From positions 88,972,001 to 89,036,000 of the forward strand of contig OZ076409.1 of assembly GCA_964187785.1 (NCBI GenBank): 64,000 nucleotides of DNA, given 5' to 3'. The notes under the pieces were generated by a model that searched no databases, was not told where the DNA came from, and saw only the letters and a program-made list of their open reading frames with translations. This DNA is from Amphiscolops sp. MND2022 (lineage: Eukaryota). The translations under genes were made by a program, and so were the position numbers. This document shows positions 13,539-25,138 of the stretch, piece by piece. Position 1 is the stretch's first letter; each line of letters opens with the position of its first letter.

Positions 13539-14320
13539 TGTAACGGCAAGCTCTGGTACAGCAATATCAACCGATTTTGCAACTTTGACATGTTCAGAAA
13601 TTTTGTCAAAAATTCTAATCCGATGTGTGACGTGGCACTGAGCATGTGATTGCTCTTTTCGCTGTTTCCACGAAATTGGCAGGTACTTCGACAACAAAGA
13701 GCAAGAACGAGCAAAAACACGGGCGCGCCGCCATGACAGAAGCCAGAGACGGCAAAAACATCCGAAAATAGACTCTTTTGAGGTGCTAACACCGGTTTTA
13801 TTGATTTTCAGCATTATGCTACCCTATGTAGCAGAAACCGGTAAAATGAGTCTTTTCGCTTAATTGTCCTTGTTTGGTGCTTGGAGCCCCTGCGCCCCAG
13901 CTTTTTAGCTGTGTGGTTTGCCATTCCGACGTGTGCTTTGATGTATTTCCGCTGGATTTAGCCGTTTGAACTAGCGCCAGCGCTGGTTTGTGCAATTTTA
14001 GATCTTATTCCCCATTTTAGATATTTTTCCGATATCAGGTGGAAGATGGAAATTTACACTGTTTATTCTTGGCATTGTTTTTAAAGGCTGTCTAAACGGT
14101 GGTCCCAGGCAAAGGGCCGAGTCGGATGCCCGTTATTCTCAGCAGTTACAGACTGGGACCAGGCCAGAGAGCGTCCTACAAGACGGTTCCCCCACCTTGG
14201 GACTGGCTCCTTCGGAGGGAAAATGAGCTAGGGCCGCGGAGATCTAAGTCCCAGATTATATTCGCTGTTCTAGTTCCTCCACTCTAAGTTGCGGTTCAAG
14301 CGCCAGCGATTATCGTTACA
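13539..14320 (+). mobile_element. Solo-LTR-like unit with 3-bp TSD (Troyka-like)
   Basis: gta|TGTAACG...CGTTACA|gta. GC-richer than the flanks; shares motifs with 36166-36867. Confidence 0.7.
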
Positions 14321-16277
14321 GTATCTGATTTTTTTCTGAAGGCTCCCTACATTACTTAACGAAATTTTTGAAGTGCCAGTGTGCTTCTTGTTCACTAATC
14401 CTCTGAATTTCTACCTAATGAATTATACTGAAATTAAATTTTAAATACTAAAATGGTGTTATAATAACGTATCTTGATTGTTCAATTAACTACGGTTTTT
14501 ACCCGTTTTATGTATACATAATTGAAGTGTTTGGTAAGTATGTAATTTAAAGGTTTTCATTGCATTTCGCCTATCAAAACTGTGAGGCGATAAAATAATG
14601 ATCGGAGGATTATTTCAAAAATTTTCACTTCATGCAAATTTTTCAAATGAACAAATTTGTAATTAACTAACGAATTAAAACTTCACGTTTAGCGAAATGA
14701 TTAAAAAGTTGCCCTTTTTCAATAAAATGTTGCAAAAGGCACGTGACGCAGATAATTCTTGTGATGCGCTCATAACCAGTTTTAATCGATTGCTTTCCAT
14801 ACCTCAAAAAAGTAGGAGGAGAAAAGGAAGGAAAAATTAGTCTCACTTTGACCAATAGCGTAAACAGAATTATTTTCCCTTGTACAGCCATACCATCGCA
14901 CGCAGCCAATTGAAATGAAAATTGCAGAACGGAAATTGATGAAAGTAAAGATTTTTTCTTTCATTTCTTTTCTCGAAGTTGTCTTGAGCAGGAACCGATT
15001 GAGCACCAGAAGTGAAATAATTTCGTTCGAGGCTGCCAAATACCTCCTTGATACAAAATTCAATTTTTGAACACAAAAAAGTTCCAAAATGAATTCCGGA
15101 AACAGATGTTCGCCCCTGAAAATTACTCTTGTCACTACAACCTTGCTCGCCGTGTTTCTTCTCCAAAGCATGGTTGTTGATAGTCAAATGGATCCAGTGA
15201 GTTCATTTTTCATTTTGGTGTTTTGAAGGGCTCTTTTCAACCAACCCCCAGCCCACCCCCACATCAAAACTTTTAGGGTGCACTTTTAAAAGTTTTTTGA
15301 ACTGGTTTAAAAATAAAATTGAAATCTTTTTCCATAACCGAAAGTTAACTTGTATTGTAATAGTTTTTCGTTAGTACAAAATATTTTTCACACATTTGAC
15401 TGTGATTATGTTGAAAAGTAACTGTTTTTTGTGACCTAGGTTGACTTTTTGATCAAGAATGCGTCTCTCCATGAGGCGAAAGAGTGTGAACAAAATTCAT
15501 ATCCGCATCCTAAACGGTCCCTTTGAAATGAAATTTTAAATGAAAAGATTTTGCTTTCATTAGAAATCATTTTGTGATAATATTTTCACCAAATTTCCAA
15601 AAAACTGGGGTTGGGGCTGGAAACAGAAAAAGAGATATCTGAAATTCCAAGTTTTCATTTTATAATCATTAAAGTTTTATAAAATTTTGAAAACGTAAAT
15701 AAACATATAGAATGTTTGTTCACATTTAAAATATGTAAACTGCTTTCTTTCTTTTCATTCGATAAAACTAAACGATTAAGTAAACCCTTGTTGAACATGC
15801 TTGAACATTTTACATGTTCTTTAAAGTTGCCAGCAACTTTTATAATGATTTTCTAATACTCTTTAGGAAGGAAACTTTAATGCGTTAATATTTCTCTGTT
15901 GTCATCAACGTTCATCATTTAAATAATGTCACTCATTGAATTAATCAACAAATTTTTGCACACTTAGTAACCTGGTGTTGAATGTTGGTTTCTTTGAACA
16001 GTTACATGCCAGAATTTCTCAAATTAAATTAAATTGAAAGTTGAAATGAAAATAGTTTTATGGCTCAGCCTTCCTAGTTTCATCGCGCTCGAGCATCCGA
16101 GTGAATTTTAAACCAGTGATGGCACGTCAGTCTTGGCTAGGGCACAATCGATATGCTGAACGTAGTTATTGAATCCGAATTAAGTTAAACTTTACTCGGT
16201 AGATTTTGGCGTAACAAATTTGACACAAGAGGAACTAAATTTCGAAATTATCTGACCTGGCTCGTCTGAACAATTTT

Positions 16278-16983
16278 CCCAGTGTTCGAAGCCATGGTAC
16301 CCTTGCCATGATCTATGGTAAGTTACTAGCAAGCCTTGCCAAGATCTTGCCATGATTTTGGCTATGATTCCATGACATGAAAGATCGTGCAAAGGGTAAC
16401 CATGATTAACCATGATCTTGGCAAGGAATCTATGATACTAGCAAAACGTTCGAATAATTCAGAACTCAAATTCTATTCATTTATTTTGCAATGGTTTCAT
16501 TGCATTCTCGGACTTCAGTAATTTCAACCCGTTACCTCAATTGGTGAGGTATTAGCAATTTTAACAATTCATGGCTAGAAAAGTTGGTTTTCAGAACGGT
16601 ATCGCAAAGACGCAATAACTTTATTTGGAGAGTTTACGTTTTATGATAAATTAAAATAGTAGTAACAATGCCGTGCTCTCAAGTACCAAAACTAGGTCAT
16701 CAGGTGTAAATTATTGAGAAATTTTGGATACTTTTCAGTTGAAAAAAACTCTTTTCGATAAATAAAGGTAATGTCCGAAGTTATCACAACAGTCAATTCA
16801 GAAAATGCAGACGACAAAGAATAAGTTATGCACAATCAATAGCAACTTACATGACTTACCATAATTACCTTGTCAAGATCTTGCCATGATCTTGACAAGC
16901 GTTCCATGTATCATGTTTTGCCACGATCTTGACAAGGGTACCATGCTTAACCATGATTTAGCAAGATTTGCCATGACACTGGG
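16278..16983. mobile_element. MITE with CCCAGTGT...ACACTGGG ends and subterminal CCATGATCTTG(G/A)CAAG repeats (CMC/EnSpm-like)
   Basis: 8-bp TIR, TT(T) on both flanks, inverted short repeats at both ends. Confidence 0.65.
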
Positions 16984-17189
16984 TTTGCACTTTCTGGCTA
17001 ACGTTAAAGCGTGTTTCTCTTCCATTTTCAATTTTCAGAAATGGAAGCTAAAATCTTCAAATTCCAAGAAAACTTCGGCAAAATTTCAGGAGAATTTGTT
17101 CTGAAATTTCTAATAGTGAATTTCAAGCGGTAGTAAATCTTCTTGACCTTTTGTACGGATTATGTAATGAAAACTGGCCACATGATTAC

Positions 17190-17436
17190 ATAGCCGTTCC
17201 TGTAACCGAACGAGCTTCAAGAAGAACGAATATAAAGCCGATCTCAAATCTGATTGGATGACGAGATATGCAAACTACCGCTTTGACTTCCGGTGACCCG
17301 TTTCAAAGTTGCGTAATAGTTTTAACATTCAAAGCTCATTGTCGAACCGAGCGACCGATCACAATTAAGAATTCGGTTCGGTTCTGCTATAAATGTATTC
17401 CGTATTATTACCGTTCGGGTATAGAACCTACCACCG
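17190..17436. mobile_element. ~250-bp MULE-like MITE, copy 1
   Basis: Subterminal IR (TAACCGAACG / CGTTCGGGTATA); flanks CATGATTAC / CATGATTTA; similar to 18757-19008. Confidence 0.55.
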
Positions 17437-18756
17437 CATGATTTAAGCAGTTAAAGTGCGCCAACCTCGAACGCCCCCAGCTTGTTTGACCACGAATTTG
17501 CTTCATCTAAAAAACTGATTCAATGGACAAAGAATGCAAGTTTAGGAGATAACTTTCATTCATGGATGAAGATAAGACATTCATTCGCCAAATTACTAAT
17601 GTGCTTTTTTTACCTTGTTGAAATCATTGCTTTTTTCTTATCGTTAATTTAATAAGAATCTCTCTTAGATGGAGGCATTTCACATGCTGCATTTTGTATC
17701 AGAGGCTAATAAGGTCTGTTGCGAATGCTTAGACCATGAAAAATAGTTTTACATTTTTTGGAATGGCATATGGGTTCAACTATTCACCTTTCAATACCAT
17801 GTAATTGAAAAATTAAAATATCGATATAGTGATTCATACTTTTGTTTCATTCAGAAGGAAGTTCAGTTGAGAAAATTGGGTGAGACAGAAAAGAGGAGGG
17901 ATACAATTTATTAATGTATTAATGTTATCAGGCATGCCTTTGTGCCATTTAGTTTTTCCATAGCAGCTTCATTGTCGAATCGAAGTTATACTTTACCTAC
18001 CGTTAAAATTTAAAATGGCCACCTCTATTTCAACTCCCAATTTTAAATGGATGCTTTGTTTGTGTAATGGACTCGAAGTAAAAAAAAATAAAATATTTTA
18101 AGGTTCGAAATTTATTTTTATCCTCCTATTAAGTAGAGTATTGAAAATCATTCTTTCCAAATTTAGAATGAGATATTATATTGCTTATATCTTGTTTTCG
18201 TTTCAAGATGGGATCCGCTATATCACTGTCAGGGTTGCTATCTCAACCTCCAGCTTAATTTGATTACAGTGATGGAATGGCATAATTTGTGAACCTTACC
18301 AATATTTAATCACAAAAATGTGCAATCTATATCTATACCATGCTTACTTCTCTCAAAAATGGGATAACTAATTGCATTTAGCCACATGTGGCTACTGCTA
18401 AATTAATACATCTATTTTGACTAGACAATGATAAACCTGTTAAAAATAGAAGAGCTCGCTTAAACAATGGAAACCTTTGCTTTGTTTTTCAATTCCCACA
18501 TCTTTTCATCTTCCTTTAATTAATGATTTGCTATTGATATTTCTGGGTGTGTTTATAAATAATATCTCAACACAGAATAAAAAATTCATCAGCACTGCTG
18601 AGTTTTATACACGTATTTTATAAAATTTCTTTGTATAACCTTAAGTGGAAGGTGAAAATTCGTGAACTACTTTTGTTCCACCAAGTGACGTCATCATTCT
18701 CAGCAGCTGCTTAAAGATCTCTAGAGATCACAAATTCTCAGGGTCCGGAGTTTAAG

Positions 18757-19008
18757 CTAGTTCTTCGTATAACCGAACGAGCTCTGAGAAGAACGAATAT
18801 TAAGCCGATCTTAAATCTGATTGGACGACGAAATTAGAAAACTACCACCGTGACTTTCATTTACTCTTATCGATTGCAAAATTACATAATAGTGTCATCT
18901 TTTCACTGTCGAACGGAGCGGAGCGACCAATCACAATTACGAATACGATTCGGTTTTGCCGTAAATTTGTTCTGCATTATCACCGTTCGGCTATACAACC
19001 TACCACCG
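18757..19008. mobile_element. ~250-bp MULE-like MITE, copy 2
   Basis: TATAACCGAACG / CGTTCGGCTATA IR; perfect flanking direct repeat GAGTTTAAG (9 bp). Confidence 0.62.
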
Positions 19009-20938
19009 GAGTTTAAGTGTAATTAAAGCAAGTTGATGCAGCATGGTCATCACTGATGACTCATCGGGCACTGAATCACCGTAGCAAGTGCTCTGGTTGC
19101 TCGATACTGATTCAGATAATGAAAGGTCATCATTTGACATTAGCTTGCTTTAATGGACATTCGTGGCAACTGTTTACGTCACTCAGATGTCATCAATTTG
19201 TACCTATAGGCAACAGTCATCCAATTCTGCTTTAAATTTAGAACATTTGTAGTTTGAAATTCGATATCAACCTTCAAAAAATGCTTGTTGTCAAATTTTG
19301 ACAATTATTCTTTTGAAAAAGTTCACGAGTGAATTAACAGCACCTGATGTCTCCCATAAATGCCAAAAAACATAGGGACATACATTAATACAACAGACCC
19401 ATCATTTTGTGCATAAATTGAGAATTAAAAAGGCTACGAGCACTTTACAAGCACTCAGACATACTCAACTCAAGCAGCGTCCCTATTTTGGTAGAAAATT
19501 CAATATTTAAAAAGAATTCACTTATAATCCATTTACTTCTGTCTGCCCTTCAGTCTTTAGGTGCCTTCCGGGATCCAACGCCACATGCGATTCCATGTAA
19601 CTCCATGCATCGAATAATTTGATACTATACGATGAATTCATGCCAATTCCATGCATGGAATCCTATGAAATCCAATGGTGGCTTGTGCACGACCTTTCCA
19701 AAAAGCACAGGTACCACGTAAAATTTCAACTTCTGAATCGCAAAAGAAGGGAAAGTAATAAAACAGGCGCAATAGATCTTTGTGCAAGGCTCGCGTTAAA
19801 TCTGGGCCCACATTATCATGCACGCAAAACCTATGAAAAGCTTAACAGATACACGTAACGGCAGTAGAACTCAAACTACCCTCCCTTATGGCAAATAGGT
19901 CAAATTTCACGTTACGTTTTCTTCAAAAACAATTTACATGAAAATTCGCAGGCCTTCTAGTTTCTTCGGTCGATATAACATTCAGACTAATTGGCTAAGC
20001 ATAAATGCCTTAATTCGACCAAAAACAAATTTTGCGCTATCAAATTATCCTTTTTCAATCAAGTTTCTTTCGCAGAAAAAACTATCAAAAAAGTTTCTGA
20101 CCACAACCAAAATTCACACTATAGCCAATTGCGACCTTGAGCTGTTTTTTTTTCCAAAATACGTAGATTGCTTCGATAAACGAATGCCGCCCTTCAAGAG
20201 ATCCTGCTTCAAAGTAAAACAACGGACAGGGATATCACACTTCCAAGTGACAAGAAAGACAAAGGCACGGCAGCATGTCCCGAGCAGAAACGTTCAATGG
20301 TGTTCAAAACGTGCTACGATATGTTTAAACCCCAGGGCCCAAAACCTATTGAATTCATCTAGTCTCAAATAGGGAAGTTTTGATGAAACAACTAACCTAC
20401 AAAAAATTAACTTACATCTTTGCGGTGCTTCCTCTGGGAAAAAATTTCTTATCTATTTCCAATTCTGAAAACTATGGAATTTAAGTTGAAAAAATCAGAA
20501 AATTGTTTTAACACTTTAGTTGCCAAAAACATGAAAAAAGGTGACGTCAGTTTTAGGCTAAAAAGTAGCTTCCGGAACTTTTGCACAATTTACAAAACCA
20601 CAGACTCCGTATTTTGTCTCAGTCCCCAGTAGTATAGGAGAACTGAGAAAAAATTCAAAAAAACAAAGTAATTTTGGCAGGAAAATGAAGTTGTCATGCT
20701 TGACTACGAAAACAAAAAACACTTTCCTCTTGCTGTACTTAGTGAGGAAGATTGATTTCCGTATCTTCTGTGAAATTTGAAAGGTATGACTACAAATGAG
20801 AAACACTCGAAAGATTCGATTTTTTTTTCAGAAATTATTTGCAAATAATATGAAGTCTGTTTTTAAAAAAAACTTTCGGCTGAAATGTGGTCAGGATCTT
20901 GCGCAACTTTTAGCGACAACATGAAACGTTTCCATATC

Positions 20939-22620
20939 TGTCGCAGGCTGCCGCCTGTGACGGAACTAGGATAACAACGTCAACGGTCGGACAAGAAGCC
21001 GCAACAGGTACGCTACCTTAATACTGAAACTTTACAAAAGATTGGAACCCAATTTATCATTCATCAGTATCTGTAATATGATTTGTTATTATGTCTTATT
21101 AGTCAGTTAACTTTGAGCGATGATCAATTTTACTGTAAACGTAATACAAAGATTGAAATTTGCAAATTGAAAGTAGAATGATGCAGTTTGAAGGAAACGT
21201 GATCAAATGCGAAAACGTCCTTTTACGGCGTCGTAGCTTGTTACTCAAGGATCAACCAATCACAGGGCTGTATTAATGGTATTATTTTAAAGCACTACTC
21301 CAATATGCCGGTTACGGCTAATTGACTCAACAATGCTGCCACTTTGATGAAGCTAGTCAAGCGGCCGGTTCCGGCCAATTCATTCTTTCAATGAATAAGT
21401 TGCTCTGTCTACTTAGTAACGGTGTGCCTTTGACGACAAAAGGTTTAAATCAACCCTCTTTCATGTGCTATTGTGATTGAAAGACGTATAGTAATAGTTT
21501 GTTGACTGTTGATGTTGTTTGTAAGGTACAAGTCTTTGAGGCAATTCTTGCAAAGGTTTTGTGACCAACTTTGAGAATAATGGCCCATTTAGACTGTTCC
21601 AGTGAAAAGATCAAAACATGAAAATTGATGATGTATCTAAACGGATGTTCACCTGGCCACGTGCATAGGCACGTGGTTAAGAATGTTGATGCATATTTCG
21701 AATACTCCAATTGTAGTTGTTGCTTTGATGTTCGTAATTCTTTACAGTTCAGGAGCGTAGTTCCTTCAAATATGTTTGAACCCTGTTGAATTAAAATTAC
21801 CTGAATGCTTTGATGTAGTTAATCAAATGTAATACCGAGGTGCTACTGATGAAAATCACGTGTCACCAACAAGAGGTGTTATTCCCCAGTAAAATATGTA
21901 AAACATGTGATTGTCACGCTCTCGGGACTATAAACAATTACACCTTTCCTGAGAGGGATACATTTAGTGATATCTTTCTGACGTTCATACACTTTCAAAA
22001 TACCGATGTTCTGATATTATTCAAATGTTAGGATCGGAGATTTTTCATGCCTACCACAAAGAAGCAGAAAAGTAGAGCTAGAAAAAGAGAGACTGACATG
22101 CTATCAGATATTAAAAATCTAGATATATTGCTAGGCAGTAATCGCTTAGAGAGAGAAGAAAGCGAGTTCAGCAACTCTGTACGTAGAACAGAAAGTCCTA
22201 GTTATAATGCATTGGTGAATCATGATGTGAAATTTCACTCTATTTCTGGAGAAGACGTGATTAGGGGTCATGCCGGAAACGGCCAGGAATCAAGAGAGGT
22301 TGATTCGAGCAGTGAAATCAATAGGTTATCTGCGGAATTAAATCCAAGAATCTCTCACGATATGAATGATCTTATGAGTAGTGTGAGCTCACAAATCCAA
22401 AGAGCTATAACTGAGGCTATAAACGAACAAGTTCTACCTCAGATCCAAGCTACCTTAACGTCCAGACCAGGACAAGTTCCTAATAGTAGGTGGGAAGGCC
22501 TGGATAGAAGACCGGAATGTAGATCTGAAGAAGCCCTAAACCTTAGATTCAGAAGCAGTTCTAGGGATGAGCCCCCTAGAGATCTCAATAGAAATGAAGG
22601 CCTAGAGAACACTCATTACA
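20939..22620 (+). mobile_element. Solo LTR (~1.68 kb) containing an ORF
   Basis: atatc|TGTCGC...CATTACA|atttc (5-bp TSD, 1 mismatch). Confidence 0.65.
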
Positions 22621-22640
22621 ATTTCTGTTTTGTGTTTTGA
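22047..22640 (+). CDS. 197-aa LTR-borne ORF, probably the N-terminal part of a Gypsy gag (basic start, coiled-coil-like middle)
   Basis: ATG-initiated open frame MPTTKKQKSRARK...; it crosses the LTR end and stops 20 nt into the flank. Confidence 0.5.
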   Translation: MPTTKKQKSRARKRETDMLSDIKNLDILLGSNRLEREESEFSNSVRRTESPSYNALVNHDVKFHSISGEDVIRGHAGNGQESREVDSSSEINRLSAELNPRISHDMNDLMSSVSSQIQRAITEAINEQVLPQIQATLTSRPGQVPNSRWEGLDRRPECRSEEALNLRFRSSSRDEPPRDLNRNEGLENTHYNFCFVF

Positions 22641-23566
22641 GAAGGTTGCCTCATAAATTTGACACATGTAACAAACTCTGAAAAAAAAACTCTACCATTT
22701 GGGCATATCGCGAAGCTCGACACCCCGAAAAACAGTCAGTTCGTTCAAATTTCAGTGCGAATAGTCGCAAAAGGTTTTCCTCCGCTAACGTTACGCTCGC
22801 ATAAAAAGTCGGAAGCACCATAAAGCACTGGTTTCAAAAGTCGGACACGGTCTGGAACTGCAAACTTCTTAGCAGATTCTTGGATCTACTGAATTTGGCG
22901 ATACTCTGCTATTACGACTCAAAATATCACGAACAAGACCCACAGGTGTATAATTCATGCATGTTCACTATAATCGATCGAACGGCATGACTTGTTTCTC
23001 TGCTGAAAAAGACACAATCAGACTCGAAATTTTATATTTCAACCATCTGGAATTTTCGCTTTTCTTTTCATGCATGGAAACGTATGGAAATCGAGGATGT
23101 TATATTTCCATGAATATAATCATATGGATTTTAGCCGATGGAAAGCAAGAATGTCATAATTCCATGCATGGAATCATGGAATTCAGCCGATCATATGGTT
23201 CCATTCATGGAATTGAATGGAAGCCTCATAAATCAGGATCAAGGTTCACACTGAGAAAATTGATTCGCAGCATTTTGCACATGACTCAGTATTTCCAAAT
23301 AATATCTTTTGTTATTGAAATGCAAGAAAAATTATGAGAATCTTAATCTTGAATTGAATATGCAAAACCAACATTCGAATTTGAGATGACGACAAGACTT
23401 TCAAGAGTTTTCAGTAGTTTCAAAAACTCCGGAAAAAACTCTCTTGACATTTAACATGCAAAATCCTTTGTATTCGAATATGTGTTAAAATTCTCTGATC
23501 TGATTGTGACGTAATAGGCTAAAATGTTTCTGATGTTTTTCATGCTATGTAAGAGCTGATGTTATT

Positions 23567-23818
23567 CAAAGAAAACTAATTAAGTCGTCTGGTATATGTT
23601 AATGAGAATCAATAAAGCAATTTAAAATCACTAAATCAAAAGAAAACTAATTAAGTCGTCTTGTATATGTTAATGAGAATCAATAAAGCAATTTAAAATC
23701 ACTAAATCAAAAATGAAACTCTAAAATGTTGCACATATGTAAAAAAAACCAAAAATTTTAAATCAAAAATGAAACTCTAAAATGTTGCACATATGTAAAA
23801 AAACCAAAAATTTTAAAA
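23567..23818. repeat. Two adjacent local tandem duplications (~70 bp x2, then ~56 bp x2)
   Basis: TCAAAGAAAACTAATTAAGTCGTC... x2; AAATCAAAAATGAAACTCTAAAATG... x2. Confidence 0.9.
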
Positions 23819-24284
23819 TTCATTTTAACAAGTTTCTCGAAATAAGGGAAATAATTTATTACTAAAGAGCTGTAAACAAGCCTACGACTGAAGTCTTTAA
23901 AACATTTGGTAATCTCAGTTCCTTGGAAAACCCGTTACCAATTAGTTATAACTATAGTAAAAACTCAAACATTTCAGTAATCAGAATATCAATAATTTTT
24001 TTGCACTTGTAAAGAACAATGCACACAGCATAGCTTTTTTGCAGGAAACTGTGAGAAAAAGTGACCGACGAATTTTCCAATCAAGGAAATCAAGTTGTAA
24101 AAGATATTTTTAACACCAAGTTCTCTACTGCCAATCGAAAACTTTTGCAGAGAAATACCAATGAATCAAATTTTCTCAGAACACCTTAGAAAAAGAAAAT
24201 TTTCATTTCCTTAATTCCGCGGGCTCGACACCGGATACGCCATACTACTTTCCCCAAGTCGGCGCCGTTTTCGGACACTATTTC

Positions 24285-24460
24285 ATCATGATAAGTTTTG
24301 TACCATATTTGCAGCCAAGTAGTCAAGCAATGGTCGGTTTGAAGCTGTGGCTTCAAAGTGATTTGCCTAAGCCAGCAAGACTGCTCGCTGCTGCACTTGT
24401 TACCTTTGTTCCCTCAATGCGTTATTTGTTGTCATGACCATACACACCATTAGGATAGGA
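24285..24460. repeat. Dispersed repeat, possibly SINE-like; second copy at ~51045-51280
   Basis: Shared TATTTGCAGCCAAGT.GT.AAGCAATGGT...TTCAAAGTGA.TTGC...GTCAT.GACCATAC; B-box-like motifs nearby. Confidence 0.55.
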
Positions 24461-24497
24461 ATGCCACTTTGCAAGATTTTTGACGCCTGTTACATTG

Positions 24498-25138
24498 AAC
24501 AAGCCGGGACCGGCCCAAGTCGGCGCCATATCCAAGGCTCAAAAATAGCAAAAAGACTTCCAAGTGTCAAGTATTCTTTTACAGTAGTCGAAAATCGAAT
24601 TTTTTTTTGAAAAAATTACATACTAAAAAAATGGACCGAGTGGCGCTCTAACGTCTCACAATGCCGAAAATCTGAAAGGGGGGACCCTTTGAGGTTTTTC
24701 AACATCCATTCTGTCGCAAAACATGAAAAAATTGAAGAAAATTTTTTTTTATTTTCGGGAAAAAATCTCACAATGCCGAAAAAAAACTGAAAGGAGGAAC
24801 CCTTCGGGATTTTCCAACATCCATTCTGTCGCAAAACATCAAAAAATGCAGGGGGACCCTTTGAGGGGAAAAATTTTCGAAAAAAAAATCCGAAAAAAAT
24901 GTCTCGCAGTGCCGAAAAAAATTGAAAGGGGGGACTCTTTGGTCTCGCCCGGTATGGTATGTTACGCGAAAAAACAGGTAAAACCATTTTGGTCCAGTTC
25001 GCTAGGCCAAATGGTGCAATTTGACACCATAATATTTTGTAGAACTTTTAAGAACTATTTTGGTCAGTACGTGTGGATAGAAAAAAAAAGAGTCACTATA
25101 ATAGTCGCGTTTCACTTCATGAAGCGCCGACTAAAAAA
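24498..25138 (-). mobile_element. HINE/Helentron-type non-autonomous element
   Basis: subTIR AGTCGGCGC / GCGCCGACT, terminal hairpin GCCGG-GA-CCGGC, A/T-run ends, internal GGGGGACCCTTT repeats. Confidence 0.8.

Noticed and set aside
14095..14165. HDV-like ribozyme
   Set aside because: GGTCCCA/TGGGAC resembles HDV P2, but no P1/P1.1/P3-L3 double pseudoknot could be built.
17500..18700. Possible host exons
   Set aside because: Some AG acceptor-like sites but no open, recognisable frames.
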